Shown here one piece after another: positions 1 to 9,926 of a stretch of DNA of 64,000 nucleotides. A model generated the notes under the pieces. It was not told the DNA's origin. It ran no database searches and saw only the letters and a list, made by a program, of their open reading frames with translations. This stretch comes from Chitinispirillaceae bacterium (GTDB taxonomy: Bacteria > Fibrobacterota > Chitinivibrionia > Chitinivibrionales > Chitinispirillaceae). The stretch covers positions 500 through 64,499 of the forward strand of contig JAFGHA010000127.1 of the NCBI GenBank assembly GCA_016930275.1. The letters run 5' to 3'. Position numbers and translations under genes: made by a program. Each line of letters begins with the position of its first letter. Positions within the stretch are counted from its first letter, which is position 1.

Positions 1-1140
1 TTCGGTGGAGGCTTCAGCGGTGAGGTGTTCAACTGGTACCGGGTTCCCGCACCGTATTATTCCTGGAATCATACCGAATTTTCGAACAATGAAAAATACG
101 CGGTAGCCACTGCAGCCACTTCCGATGGAGCCCACCGGGCGGTGTTCTGTATCAACCTGCTCACCTCGGTCTGCACACCGATGTGTGAAGGAACCGATCT
201 GTACCATCCGAGTCTCTGGATCGCTCCCGGAGCAGATACATTCTCCACCACCTACAATCTTGACAGCATCGGACAGTACAACGATCCTCATCTCTCCGAC
301 CAGCAGCAGCAACTCAGTTTCAAAATGCGTCTCTTCTGGCATTGGGCGGATTCCATCGAGGTATTTTTCGCCGGCAGCTCCGTTGCTGCTGATGGTATCG
401 ACCCCCGGTATTTTACCGGGCTTCGGGGTTTCAATGTCGCCATCGGAGGTGGAGATCTCGCACTGGCCACTGAAATGATAAAAAATTATGCACTCAATCA
501 TTGCGGTAAATTGAAAATTGTAGGATTAAGCTACGATCCGCACCTTTTCTTTCTTCAGGACGGGGCCGGAGAGGCCTATAAAACATTTGTCCAGGGAAAG
601 GGATACAACTACGATAAAAACCACCTTTTCTGGAGTTCCGGCGTTACCGAAGAATTCCACACGCTCATCAATGCTGTTACTCCTCCTCCCGACAACGATC
701 ATATCGACTCTCTCGGTCTGGTTCAATTCGGATGCCAGGGTTACGGCCCGGTTCCACCACCGATTCTCGGGAACATAACCCTGACAACGGATATGCCGGT
801 TTACCGGGAAAACATGAACCTGCTTCTGGAAACGATACGTTTGTGTTCACTCAGAAATATCAAGGTTCTCCTGGTCGATTTCCCGACACATCCCGGCTAT
901 GCCGCAACCGATGCATATGGTCCGCTCGGCCCCTCCCAGACCGCCGCACATATCATGCTCTCCGAGATCAGAGCCGAAGCGGAAAAAAACAGTTCGCTCA
1001 CCTTTTATGATGCCCATAAGGATGGAACCCACGATTATACTGAATTTGAGTTTTTCGATTACCTCCATCTCTGTTATGATGGGGCGAAAAAAATAAGTAC
1101 CCGGATCGACAGTATCCTTCATGTCATGTTGGATGAATAG
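1..1140 (+). CDS. Partial CDS (5' end outside window). Hypothetical SGNH/GDSL-like hydrolase (DUF1574-like), tentative.
   Basis: The frame is open from base 1, so the GTG at 25 is probably internal. Stop at 1138-1140. FAGSSVAADG resembles SGNH block I, and the C-terminal DYLHL is a D-x-x-H catalytic-type motif. Confidence 0.5.
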   Translation, partial: FGGGFSGEVFNWYRVPAPYYSWNHTEFSNNEKYAVATAATSDGAHRAVFCINLLTSVCTPMCEGTDLYHPSLWIAPGADTFSTTYNLDSIGQYNDPHLSDQQQQLSFKMRLFWHWADSIEVFFAGSSVAADGIDPRYFTGLRGFNVAIGGGDLALATEMIKNYALNHCGKLKIVGLSYDPHLFFLQDGAGEAYKTFVQGKGYNYDKNHLFWSSGVTEEFHTLINAVTPPPDNDHIDSLGLVQFGCQGYGPVPPPILGNITLTTDMPVYRENMNLLLETIRLCSLRNIKVLLVDFPTHPGYAATDAYGPLGPSQTAAHIMLSEIRAEAEKNSSLTFYDAHKDGTHDYTEFEFFDYLHLCYDGAKKISTRIDSILHVMLDE

Positions 1141-1320
1141 CGACCATTTTTTCCGGTCGGTGACATCGTCACTTCAGGTGAATCGCATCAATGAACAACA
1201 TCTGTTCCCGGAAGATCTGACTTTCTCGAGATAATTCCAGAAGAAAACAGATAGTATTCGCCATATCACCTGATTTATATTTTTCCATCTTTCGACCACT
1301 ATCTCAGGAGTGAATCATTC

Positions 1321-1812
1321 ATGGAACTTTGTCCCTGCGGATCTCAAACGGCATTTGCGGAATGCTGTGAACCCATAATCACTGAATCTGTCAAGGCGTC
1401 GACCGCCGAAAAACTCATGCGTGCCCGTTATACCGCGTATGCGAAAACAGCTGTCGGATTCATCCTCTCTTCGACTATTGAGGAAAAACGTAAAGAGTGC
1501 GATGAAAAAGCGATCCGCTCCTGGTCTGAAAAATCAACCTGGCACCAGCTTGAAATCCTTTCCACCGAAAAAGGCTCCGCCGATGATGACGAAGGACAGG
1601 TGGAATTTGTGGCTCATTTTTCTGAAAGCGGTATCAGAAAAAATTATCATGAAAAAGGGCTTTTTAAAAAGGTGAACGGCTGCTGGCAGTATGTTGACGG
1701 TGAAATTCAGAAACAGAAACCCTTCACCCGTTCCGATGAGAAAATCTCCCGGAACTCCCCCTGCAGCTGCGGCAGCGGGAAAAAATACAAGAAGTGCTGC
1801 GGCCGTCAGTAG
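1321..1812 (+). CDS. ychJ: YchJ family (UPF0225) SEC-C motif protein
   Basis: N-terminal CPCGS..ECC and C-terminal [20 protein letters not shown] metal-binding motifs flank a core containing ARYTAYA. This is the typical YchJ architecture at about 160 aa. Confidence 0.85.
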   Translation: MELCPCGSQTAFAECCEPIITESVKASTAEKLMRARYTAYAKTAVGFILSSTIEEKRKECDEKAIRSWSEKSTWHQLEILSTEKGSADDDEGQVEFVAHFSESGIRKNYHEKGLFKKVNGCWQYVDGEIQKQKPFTRSDEKISRNSPCSCGSGKKYKKCCGRQ

Positions 1813-1978
1813 TCGGTATCCTCCCGATCCGGGCATCTCCGGAGTGAATCCTCCCCGCTCAGGTTTCACTTGTCGTCACTATGGTTAGATATATATCATT
1901 AAATACTCGGTACCGGGCATCGACGATACCGGCCAAGCCGTATCGGACGTAATGGTTGAAGTACCTGTGAGTTAACCG

Positions 1979-2887
1979 ATGCAACCATCTTTGTCAGGTA
2001 ATAATTACCATGCGGGAGTGGTGGACATGGACACGTTATCAGACTCATCAATACCCGGCACTCCCCAGTGTCCGGCATATCAATTCGTGATACTGTCGCT
2101 TTCATTTTTACTTCTGATAAACAGCACAGCTTTCAGCGAAGGAAAAAAACCGCTAAAAGCGAACTTACTGATCTACTCCGCAGGATCGTGGATGGTCTTC
2201 AGCGACAAACCCGCTCCATATGCCTTCAACAAGTTCACCCGTACGCTCTATGGTCAGATTTTCGGCCTCTCCGGAATGGCAAAAATCCCCCTGGATCTCA
2301 CCATCCCCAACACCTCCACCGCACCGCGCATGTGGTTCGGTGACTTTGATTTCTATGTGGGAAAGCGGTTCGGCTGGATTGAACCGCGTATCGGACTGGA
2401 GCTGCCGCTCGGATATGCGATTGATGACGACTGGAAAAAAAAGGCATGGATCGGTACGAATAACGTCCGACTGCAAACCGGTTTCAGTATAAGCAGAACT
2501 CATTTTGAAACTATTGGTCTCCCCTTCGGCGCCGAAGCAATGATGTCCGTTGCATTGACGGAAAAAAATGCCCATTACGAGAGGGGAACAATAAATGGTT
2601 CTCTGTATTTAAAAACCAGTCGAAATTTCCTGAAAAAACTAAACGGCGGCTTGGAACTTGCGGTCTACGGGAAATCCGGCATTCCCACATGGAGTCGCAC
2701 CCGAAAGAGAGAAAACGGTATTACTCTGCTGCCTGCCCTCTTCGGAAGTTTCCGTACCGCCAAAAAAATGTTCATCGGGGTCAAATTCGGTTTCGGGCCC
2801 TCTTTCGGAGTCTATCAGAACAGCGAACAATCAGAACACCGCAGTAACTCAATGGACTGCGGCATCAGCATTCAGTACTATCCATAG
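1979..2887 (+). CDS. Hypothetical secreted/outer-membrane beta-barrel-like protein
   Basis: 302-aa ORF with an alternative ATG at 2027. Hydrophobic signal-like segment LSLSFLLLINSTAFSEG. Alternating aromatic/glycine-rich pattern and a C-terminus ISIQYYP. No recognised family. Confidence 0.45.
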   Translation: MQPSLSGNNYHAGVVDMDTLSDSSIPGTPQCPAYQFVILSLSFLLLINSTAFSEGKKPLKANLLIYSAGSWMVFSDKPAPYAFNKFTRTLYGQIFGLSGMAKIPLDLTIPNTSTAPRMWFGDFDFYVGKRFGWIEPRIGLELPLGYAIDDDWKKKAWIGTNNVRLQTGFSISRTHFETIGLPFGAEAMMSVALTEKNAHYERGTINGSLYLKTSRNFLKKLNGGLELAVYGKSGIPTWSRTRKRENGITLLPALFGSFRTAKKMFIGVKFGFGPSFGVYQNSEQSEHRSNSMDCGISIQYYP

Positions 2888-3139
2888 CTGCGACGGGAAA
2901 CATTCCCTGATCAACAATACTTGCACAATGGTACCCATCATGTCATAATTATTTGCGGTCCGTATACCGCGTGTGATGCAATCTTCACCGTCTGTTGCTG
3001 TAGTAGTATCGTTGGTGCGGATCCGATAAATTACATCGTAACTAACAGCATACAAATAATTTAATCTGTGGTTGCTCTGTCCAACGTGGCTGTACCGGCA
3101 AAGATTATGTAACCGTTATCATTACAAAAATATTATAAT

Positions 3140-4420
3140 ATGACGATAGAACCATCCGTATTCACCATCATCCTCTCCGGAATTACCGTCATCGGCGGTA
3201 TCGTCGGTTATTTTCTCTATCAGAAATTTCATCCCGAGCCTGCCATTTCGCCGCTGGAACAGCATGCGGAACCAGATCCGGAAAACCGTCTGCAGATAGA
3301 AATCAGTAAAAAGGAACTGGAACTCGTTTTTGACGCGATTCCCGAACAGGTGTACATCATTGACCGCGATTTCATTATTCTACGTGCAAATAAAAGCTTT
3401 TCACAATTTGTAATTCAACCGGTCCGGGAAGTTCCGGGAAATAAATGTTATGCGCTCCAGTGGAACAGAAAAAGTCTCTGTCATGAGTGTCCCGTGAAAA
3501 TCACCTTCGAGCAGGGAATTCCGATCATTAAAAAACTCATCTCGCGTTCAGAAAACGAAACGGTCAAATACTATGAGATGAGTACCTTCCCCGTCAAAGA
3601 TGATTCGGGGCAAACCATCCATGTCATTATTTTTACAAAAGATATAACCGAAGAAAAACAGATGATCGAACAGATTATCCGCTCTGAAAAACTTGCAAGC
3701 ATCGGAAACATGACCGCAGGAATAGCCCATGAAATGAATAATCCGCTTTCAGGAATCAGTGGAAATGCAACCAATCTTCTTAAAATGCCTCAAAAATACG
3801 GGCTTAATGAAAAGGGCATAAGCAGAATTACAACAATACTCAATTCAGCTGCTCACGCTACAGCAATAATGAATGATCTGCTTCATCTTTCAAACCGTCC
3901 GGAACAAACAAATATCTTGGTTAATATCAATGCATTATTGGCAAAAACCGCCAACGCCGTTCACATCAACGGATCACAGGATATCGAACGCTCCTTCAAC
4001 TTTGATGAACATCTCCCACCGGTTAAATGTGATCCCTCAAAAATTCAACAAGTAATCGTTCATATCATTACGAATGCCATAATGGCAATTCTCGACAAGA
4101 AAAACACCATTCAAAATGATTCTCCATTCAAAGGGCAGATAGTACTTTCTACTCAGCAAAAGAATTCTCAAGTACTTATCACTATTGCAGATAACGGAAT
4201 CGGCATTTCGGAAGAACACCGGTCAAAAATTTTTGACCCCTTTTTCAGCACACGACCGACTGGCCAGGGTACCGGTCTCGGGTTGAGCGTATCAACAAAA
4301 ATCATTGAACAACACAGTGGGCAGATATTTTACGAAACTATAAATAGCATGACACAATTTTCAATTTTACTTCCACTCGAAAAATGTGAACCGGAATTTG
4401 CCGATTACTTAAAGAAGTGA
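3140..4420 (+). CDS. Sensor histidine kinase (one TM, PAS-like domain with C-x11-C-x2-C, HisKA, HATPase_c)
   Basis: N-terminal TM segment. H-box AGIAHEMNNPL. N/G boxes ITNAI, DNGIGI, GTGLGLS. Cys cluster CYALQWNRKSLCHEC in the sensor region. Confidence 0.9.
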   Translation: MTIEPSVFTIILSGITVIGGIVGYFLYQKFHPEPAISPLEQHAEPDPENRLQIEISKKELELVFDAIPEQVYIIDRDFIILRANKSFSQFVIQPVREVPGNKCYALQWNRKSLCHECPVKITFEQGIPIIKKLISRSENETVKYYEMSTFPVKDDSGQTIHVIIFTKDITEEKQMIEQIIRSEKLASIGNMTAGIAHEMNNPLSGISGNATNLLKMPQKYGLNEKGISRITTILNSAAHATAIMNDLLHLSNRPEQTNILVNINALLAKTANAVHINGSQDIERSFNFDEHLPPVKCDPSKIQQVIVHIITNAIMAILDKKNTIQNDSPFKGQIVLSTQQKNSQVLITIADNGIGISEEHRSKIFDPFFSTRPTGQGTGLGLSVSTKIIEQHSGQIFYETINSMTQFSILLPLEKCEPEFADYLKK

Positions 4421-4427
4421 GTACACT

Positions 4428-5351
4428 ATGGTGGAACCACAAAAAAAAGACAGCTCCTACCGGATTCTCATCGTCGACGATGAGAAAGCAATCAGAATGA
4501 TGTTGCTTGATTATCTCGAAAACGACTATGAGATCGTAACCGCCGAAACCGGAGAGGAAGCCCTTGGAATTCTGCAACAGAGCCGGTTTGATCTGGTCAT
4601 TTCCGATATCAATATGCCGGGGATGAACGGTCCACAGCTGCTCTCACAGATTCGCCTTAAATACCCAGGGACAAAAACGGCCCTGATTACCGCTTACAAT
4701 GTAGATGAATATATAAAAACAGCGAAAGAATATTCTATTACCAATATCATCCCCAAGACGGTTCCTTTCAATTTTACGGAACTTGATTTTATCGTTCACG
4801 GTCTGGTAACCGGAGATATTTTCGGTCTTTCCCGCTACCTTCTTTCAGAGGGAAAGATTCTGGAAACCCATATCATAAAATCTTCTGCCGATGCCCGTAT
4901 CGTTCAGGACCATCTCATTGAACTTTTTGAAACAAAATTCGGAACTGCCGGCGACATGAAACTGATTCTCGACGAAATTATCACCAATGCATTATATCAT
5001 GCACCCACCTTTGATGACGGTACTGAAAAATACCAGGAGTTCAATGATGTAGAGCTTGAACCCCATGAATACATTCACATCGAATGCGGATTTGATGAGG
5101 AAAAATATGCAGTCGCGGTAACGGATTGCCAGGGAAGACTCACTAAAGAAACGGTGCTTTATAAAATTGAGCGTCAGATCACCGGAGAAGGACTGCTCGA
5201 CGATTCCGGACGTGGAATTCATATGAGCCGCCTTTTCGCTGACCGCATGGTTATCAATATCGATCCAAATAAAAAGACGGAAGTCATACTCATAAATTAT
5301 TTTTCCAATAAATACCGTGGGTACAAACCCCTCTATATAAATGAACTCTGA
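4428..5351 (+). CDS. Response regulator: REC domain fused to an RsbW/SpoIIAB-like (HATPase_c_2-type) serine-kinase domain
   Basis: REC motifs ILIVDDE and DLVISDINMPGMNG. The C-terminal half has DEIITNALYHAP (N-box-like) and DDSGRGIHMSRLFADRMVINI (G-box-like). No HTH output domain. Starts 8 nt after the kinase gene. Confidence 0.8.
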   Translation: MVEPQKKDSSYRILIVDDEKAIRMMLLDYLENDYEIVTAETGEEALGILQQSRFDLVISDINMPGMNGPQLLSQIRLKYPGTKTALITAYNVDEYIKTAKEYSITNIIPKTVPFNFTELDFIVHGLVTGDIFGLSRYLLSEGKILETHIIKSSADARIVQDHLIELFETKFGTAGDMKLILDEIITNALYHAPTFDDGTEKYQEFNDVELEPHEYIHIECGFDEEKYAVAVTDCQGRLTKETVLYKIERQITGEGLLDDSGRGIHMSRLFADRMVINIDPNKKTEVILINYFSNKYRGYKPLYINEL

Positions 5352-5510
5352 TACCCGCAGTATTCGACCTGAACATTGATGCACGTGTAAGTGACATCTG
5401 GTATGTGATGGTGCCACCGAAAAGGCGGAGTAGTGATCGGACCACGCCACGTGTACACCGACTCCCACCGTAATCGGATCTCAACTATTTTCCGGAAAGA
5501 TTGGAGGTGA

Positions 5511-6293
5511 ATGATGATCAATCGTTGCCGCGGGCGAAAAATCAAACTGAAGGGCTTCAACAATCTTACCAAGTCCCTCAGTTTCAACATTTATGATATC
5601 TGTTACGCCCGTTCCAAGGCTTCGCAAATTGATTACCTCGAATATATCGATGAAGAATACAATTCGGAAAAACTGCGTTCGATCGCAGAAGAAGTCACCA
5701 ACATCATTCAGGCACGGATTGTCAATATTTCGTCTCAGGACTATGACCCCCGTGGCGCGTCGGTAACGGTTCTCATCAACGAGGGACATCACCCGCGTGA
5801 CCCCGGCCTGCTCGGGCATCTGGATAAAAGTCATATCGCCGCCCACACGTACCCCGAAAACAATATCAATACCGGCATCGCCACCTTCAGAGTCGACATC
5901 GACGTTTCAACCTGCGGAATGATCTCTCCGCTGCGCGCTCTTGACTTTCTTATCGACAGCTTTGATTCCGACGTGGTTCTGATGGACTACAAGGTACGTG
6001 GATTTACCCGCGACGTCAACGGGCGTAAAGTGTACATCGACCATGATATCTCTTCCATACAGGATTACATTTCCGATGAACTTCTTGAGAAATATACGGC
6101 ATACGACATCAATGTCGTATCCGACAATATCTTTCATACGAAAATGACCCTAAAAAACCTCAAACTGGAAAACTATCTTTTCGACCCCGATATCGGTATG
6201 CTGAAAAAAGCCGAGCGTTCGCGCATCCGGTCGTTGCTGCGAAAAGAAATACAGGAGATATTCGAATGCCGAAATCTGTTCGACCGGGAGTAA
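5511..6293 (+). CDS. speD: S-adenosylmethionine decarboxylase proenzyme (E. coli-type, pyruvoyl-dependent)
   Basis: Collinear with E. coli SpeD: KLKGFNNLTKSLSFNIYDICYA, self-processing site HLDKSHIAAHTYPE, DYKVRGFTRD, NIFHTKM. GGAGG RBS at 5504-5508. Confidence 0.95.
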   Translation: MMINRCRGRKIKLKGFNNLTKSLSFNIYDICYARSKASQIDYLEYIDEEYNSEKLRSIAEEVTNIIQARIVNISSQDYDPRGASVTVLINEGHHPRDPGLLGHLDKSHIAAHTYPENNINTGIATFRVDIDVSTCGMISPLRALDFLIDSFDSDVVLMDYKVRGFTRDVNGRKVYIDHDISSIQDYISDELLEKYTAYDINVVSDNIFHTKMTLKNLKLENYLFDPDIGMLKKAERSRIRSLLRKEIQEIFECRNLFDRE

Positions 6294-7237
6294 CCCCCAT
6301 TCCGCATATCGCCCAAAAGAGGCGGTTGTTCTTTGAGACCCTCAATCCATTTTTCGGATTTTTTTACACGGTAAAAAAAAGAATCCGCAAGATGCGTACC
6401 GCCTACCAGCAGATTGAACTTATTGAAACCGATGAATTCGGTAAAGTGCTATTGCTCGACAATATCACTCAGCTCGGCGAACGCAATGATCAGAGCTACC
6501 ATGAACCGATGGTGCATCCGGCACTCTGTTCTCATCCGAGGCCGGAATCGGTGCTCGTTATCGGCGGTGGTGACGGTGGTATTCTCCGCGAAGTATTCAG
6601 ACATTCCGCAGTCAAACGGGTACAGCTGGTGGAACTTGACGATGGTGTCATCTCGTTCGCGAAAAAACATCTTTCCTCTTTCCACCGGAATGCCTTCGAC
6701 GATCCCCGCCTCGAACTGACCATCGCGGATGGACGATCGTTCATTCAGAACCACCCGAAAGAATTCGATGTGATCATCATGGATATGACCGATCCGTTCG
6801 GTCCGTCGAAAATGCTCTATACCTCCAACTTTTTCCGGATGGTAAAAAAAGCACTTCGAAACGATAAGGGTTTGTTCGTCATGCACAGTGAATCACCCAT
6901 ATCCCGTCCGACTGCGTTCGCCTGCATCAATAAAACCCTCAAATCGGTATTTCCGGAAGTAGCGGTTCTCTATCTTTACATTCAGATGTACGGAACGCTC
7001 TGGTCTGTTTCTGTCTGTTCTCCAACAATTGACATTTCTACATTGTCCGTTCCCACGATAAACAGGAAACTCGCCAGAAGCGGTATCGGAAATCTCCAGG
7101 TGTACAACGGTGCCACGCACCAGTCCATGCAGACTGCGTTTCCGTTCGTATCGGAAATTCTGCGTAAACCAGCGCGCATCATTACCGACCACCGTCCCGA
7201 TTTTCCGGATGATTTCATCTCCAGAAAGGAAAACTGA
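6266..7237 (+). CDS. speE: Spermidine synthase (aminopropyltransferase)
   Basis: N-terminal FFETLNPFFGFFYTV aligns with E. coli WHETLHDQFGQYFAV, which supports the ATG at 6266 (28-nt overlap with speD). YHEPMVHPAL, VLVIGGGDGGILREV, IIMDMTDPFGPS. Confidence 0.9.
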   Translation: MPKSVRPGVTPIPHIAQKRRLFFETLNPFFGFFYTVKKRIRKMRTAYQQIELIETDEFGKVLLLDNITQLGERNDQSYHEPMVHPALCSHPRPESVLVIGGGDGGILREVFRHSAVKRVQLVELDDGVISFAKKHLSSFHRNAFDDPRLELTIADGRSFIQNHPKEFDVIIMDMTDPFGPSKMLYTSNFFRMVKKALRNDKGLFVMHSESPISRPTAFACINKTLKSVFPEVAVLYLYIQMYGTLWSVSVCSPTIDISTLSVPTINRKLARSGIGNLQVYNGATHQSMQTAFPFVSEILRKPARIITDHRPDFPDDFISRKEN

Positions 7238-7245
7238 TTTTCTCC

Positions 7246-8346
7246 ATGGATATTAAATCGTTCAAGGGTCTGGTGGCGGTACACGGGACACCGACACTCT
7301 TTCTTTACGAAACGCGTCTGCGTGAATGCTACCAGCAGCTTCATGCGGCGCTCCCCGGTGTTGTGCTGTATTACGCGGTCAAATCGAATGCCACTCCCGA
7401 ACTGATATCCATACTTTCCGATGAGGACAGTTGTTTCGATGTCTGCACCAATGGTGAAATCGATATCGTTAAAGGGTGCGGTGTCACTCCCGACCGATGT
7501 ATTCATACCCATCCCATAAAACGCGATACTGATATCACCTATGCACTGCAGTACGGAGTTACCACCTTCGTCGCCGACAACGAGCATGAACTCTCGAAGT
7601 TCGTCCCTTATAAAGACCGGGTGCGGATTCTTATCCGGATGAGCATCCAGAATCCCGGCTGTCTCGTCAATCTTTCTCACAAATTCGGGGTCGCTCCTGA
7701 AAAAACCTGGGCTTTGATTCGCAAGGCATATAAACTCGGCCTTGATATTGCCGGAATCAGCTTCCATGCCGGTTCACAGAATGAGAATGCGCTCAAATAC
7801 ATCGAAGCACTCGAGTACTGCCGGGATATTTACCGGAAAGCGGCCTTGCGCGGTATAATTTTCGACACTATCGATATCGGGGGCGGATTTCCGATCAGTT
7901 ATCTGACGCCGGTTATTCCCATGGTGCAATTCTGCCAACCGATCAATGAATATCTCGACCGGTTTTTCTCCAACTACACCATCATAGCGGAACCGGGCAG
8001 AGTTCTGAGCGGTCCTTCCATGCTGCTGGCAACCCGGGTCATGGGAAAATCGCTGCGCAACGGTGTCTGGTGGTACTACCTTGATGACGGAATGTACGGT
8101 TCCTTTTCAGGTAAAATGTATGACCATGCCGATTATCCGATGTTCGTTGGGCGGGAAGGTCCGCGTCATACTTCGGTGCTTGCCGGGCCGACCTGTGACT
8201 CAATCGATGTTATTTACGAAAATATCAGTCTACCGCGCCTGGAAATCGGCGACCTGCTTATTTTCGAGTCGATGGGAGCCTATACGTCAGCGAGTGCATC
8301 CAATTTCAACGGATTTCCCCGCGCAAAAATTGTTCTTGTCAATTGA
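7246..8346 (+). CDS. PLP-dependent ornithine (or Lys/Arg) decarboxylase, alanine-racemase-fold Orn/DAP/Arg decarboxylase family
   Basis: PLP-lysine motif YAVKSN, GGGFPI, EPGR, and active-site Cys motif GPTCDSIDV as in eukaryotic-type ODC. 366 aa. Confidence 0.85.
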   Translation: MDIKSFKGLVAVHGTPTLFLYETRLRECYQQLHAALPGVVLYYAVKSNATPELISILSDEDSCFDVCTNGEIDIVKGCGVTPDRCIHTHPIKRDTDITYALQYGVTTFVADNEHELSKFVPYKDRVRILIRMSIQNPGCLVNLSHKFGVAPEKTWALIRKAYKLGLDIAGISFHAGSQNENALKYIEALEYCRDIYRKAALRGIIFDTIDIGGGFPISYLTPVIPMVQFCQPINEYLDRFFSNYTIIAEPGRVLSGPSMLLATRVMGKSLRNGVWWYYLDDGMYGSFSGKMYDHADYPMFVGREGPRHTSVLAGPTCDSIDVIYENISLPRLEIGDLLIFESMGAYTSASASNFNGFPRAKIVLVN

Positions 8347-8432
8347 TCACGAAAGCACGGGACAAGGCCTCCTAAGCAAACGCTACGGAGTAATCTGGAG
8401 TATGGTAAAATTTCAACGGTAAAGAGGTGATC

Positions 8433-9302
8433 ATGAATGAAGTGAACCTGTACCCCGAAAGCGTATCCTCTCTCTGGATACAGAATCTGGTGAACGGACT
8501 CTCCGGTCTGATCATTAAAGTGAAGCAGGCGCTTTACTGCGGTTCCAGTCCGTTTCAGAAAGTCGAGGTCTTTGAAACCTACAGTTACGGCAATGTTCTC
8601 TGCCTTGGTGGAAACGTGGTCATGACCGAGAATGAAGACGCCTATCATGAAATGATGGTACATCCTGCACTTTTAATGCATAAAAATCCAAGAACCGTCT
8701 GTTGTATCGGCGGGGGCGACGGCGGCTGCCTCAAAGAACTACTCAAACATCCGTCCATCGAAAAAATTGTCGTTATCGAGATTGATCAACTGGTGCCGGA
8801 AACTATTAAAAATTACTTTCCATCCTTTGCCGAAGGATTTGATGATCCGCGTACTGAAATGGTTATTGATGACGGCTACAACTTTCTCAATTCCAACGAA
8901 CAGATCTTTGACGTTATTCTGGTTGATTCCTTCGATCCGGGCGGTCCGGTGCAGTCACTTGAAACAACCGATTTTCATCAGATTGTTTCTCAGAGGCTTT
9001 CGCAGGACGGAATTGCGGTTTTTCAAACAGATTCTCCAACGATACGAAGTAATTATCTGCGTACAACTATCCAGAGTATTTCCCCGTTTTTTTCAGGATA
9101 CAACCCGTATATCTGCCATATTCGGTCTTTTCCCGATGGTATCTGCAGCTTTCTCGCCTGTGCCCATAAAAAAGAAACCCTTGATCAATTTGATGGTGAG
9201 CGGTATAATACAATAATGTCTCAATGCAATTATTATAATGACGCCATCCACCGGGGAGCATTCATGCTGCCGCAATATCTCAATCGTATTGTGTATTCAT
9301 GA
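8433..9302 (+). CDS. Second spermidine-synthase-family aminopropyltransferase paralog
   Basis: YHEMMVHPAL, CCIGGGDGGCLKELLKH, ILVDSFDPGGP, and a C-terminal AFMLPQYL like E. coli SpeE AFALPQYL. The ATG at 8433 is preferred over the GTG at 8427 because AAGAGG at 8422-8427 is a likely RBS. Confidence 0.85.
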   Translation: MNEVNLYPESVSSLWIQNLVNGLSGLIIKVKQALYCGSSPFQKVEVFETYSYGNVLCLGGNVVMTENEDAYHEMMVHPALLMHKNPRTVCCIGGGDGGCLKELLKHPSIEKIVVIEIDQLVPETIKNYFPSFAEGFDDPRTEMVIDDGYNFLNSNEQIFDVILVDSFDPGGPVQSLETTDFHQIVSQRLSQDGIAVFQTDSPTIRSNYLRTTIQSISPFFSGYNPYICHIRSFPDGICSFLACAHKKETLDQFDGERYNTIMSQCNYYNDAIHRGAFMLPQYLNRIVYS

Positions 9303-9378
9303 ATCCTATGATACTTGCCGCCATTACCATCCGTGTAATATTTTTAGGGTATTCGCATCTACCCGGCCAGAGTTCCCC

Positions 9379-9576
9379 ATGGAAAATCTGAAAATTATAT
9401 GGATTATCATCTTTTTTTTCTTTTCTTTGTGCCTGATTTTCATCTGGAGTAAAATACTGGTCCTTTTCAAACGCACCACCGCCATCATCGACCTGCTGAA
9501 AAGTTTCGATCTGCTTGATGCCGACAGCGTTCATTCCGACCTGAAGACCACAGAGGAATCAGCACCCGTTCATTGA
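9379..9576 (+). CDS. Possible small membrane protein (65 aa)
   Basis: An internal ATG of ORF 9238..9576 gives MENLKIIWIIIFFFFSLCLIFIW (one TM) followed by an acidic tail. No homology recognised. Confidence 0.3.
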   Translation: MENLKIIWIIIFFFFSLCLIFIWSKILVLFKRTTAIIDLLKSFDLLDADSVHSDLKTTEESAPVH

Positions 9577-9926
9577 CATTTAATTAATTGCCGCAGAACA
9601 TTCCGCAGTACAATCCCGGTGCATCCACCGAGTACACAGAAGATTGTTTCCGGAATTCCCTGACTGTAGTGAACACCTGAAGGATAAAACGTCAGGAGAG
9701 AAGAATCATTCCGGGGAAGTTCATCCGCAGGTCCTCATTTCAAAGGAGGTCCATCGACGCTCTGATACCCTCAGTGACGGTATCGAATATACCGGTCACT
9801 TTGCTACAGAGAATATCACACCTTAATTACACCTTTTTCGATCGTCAGATTCTACGATCGCCTATCGACGCGCTGCCTGCAGAGATCAGGTACCGCAATC
9901 TACAACTTTTATGGAGAAGTATACTT

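Noticed and set aside
4992-5468. 158-aa minus-strand ORF
   Set aside because: It is antisense to the C-terminal half of the response regulator and has no motifs.
6982-7767. 261-aa minus-strand ORF spanning the speE/ODC junction
   Set aside because: It is antisense to two genes with strong family motifs, crosses their intergenic gap, and has no motifs of its own.
9577-9926. 350-nt untranslated stretch upstream of 9927, considered as a riboswitch or ncRNA
   Set aside because: It contains only an imperfect hairpin (about 9774-9805) and an AGGTCC direct repeat. Nothing matches any riboswitch core I know, so the idea cannot be supported without an Rfam scan.
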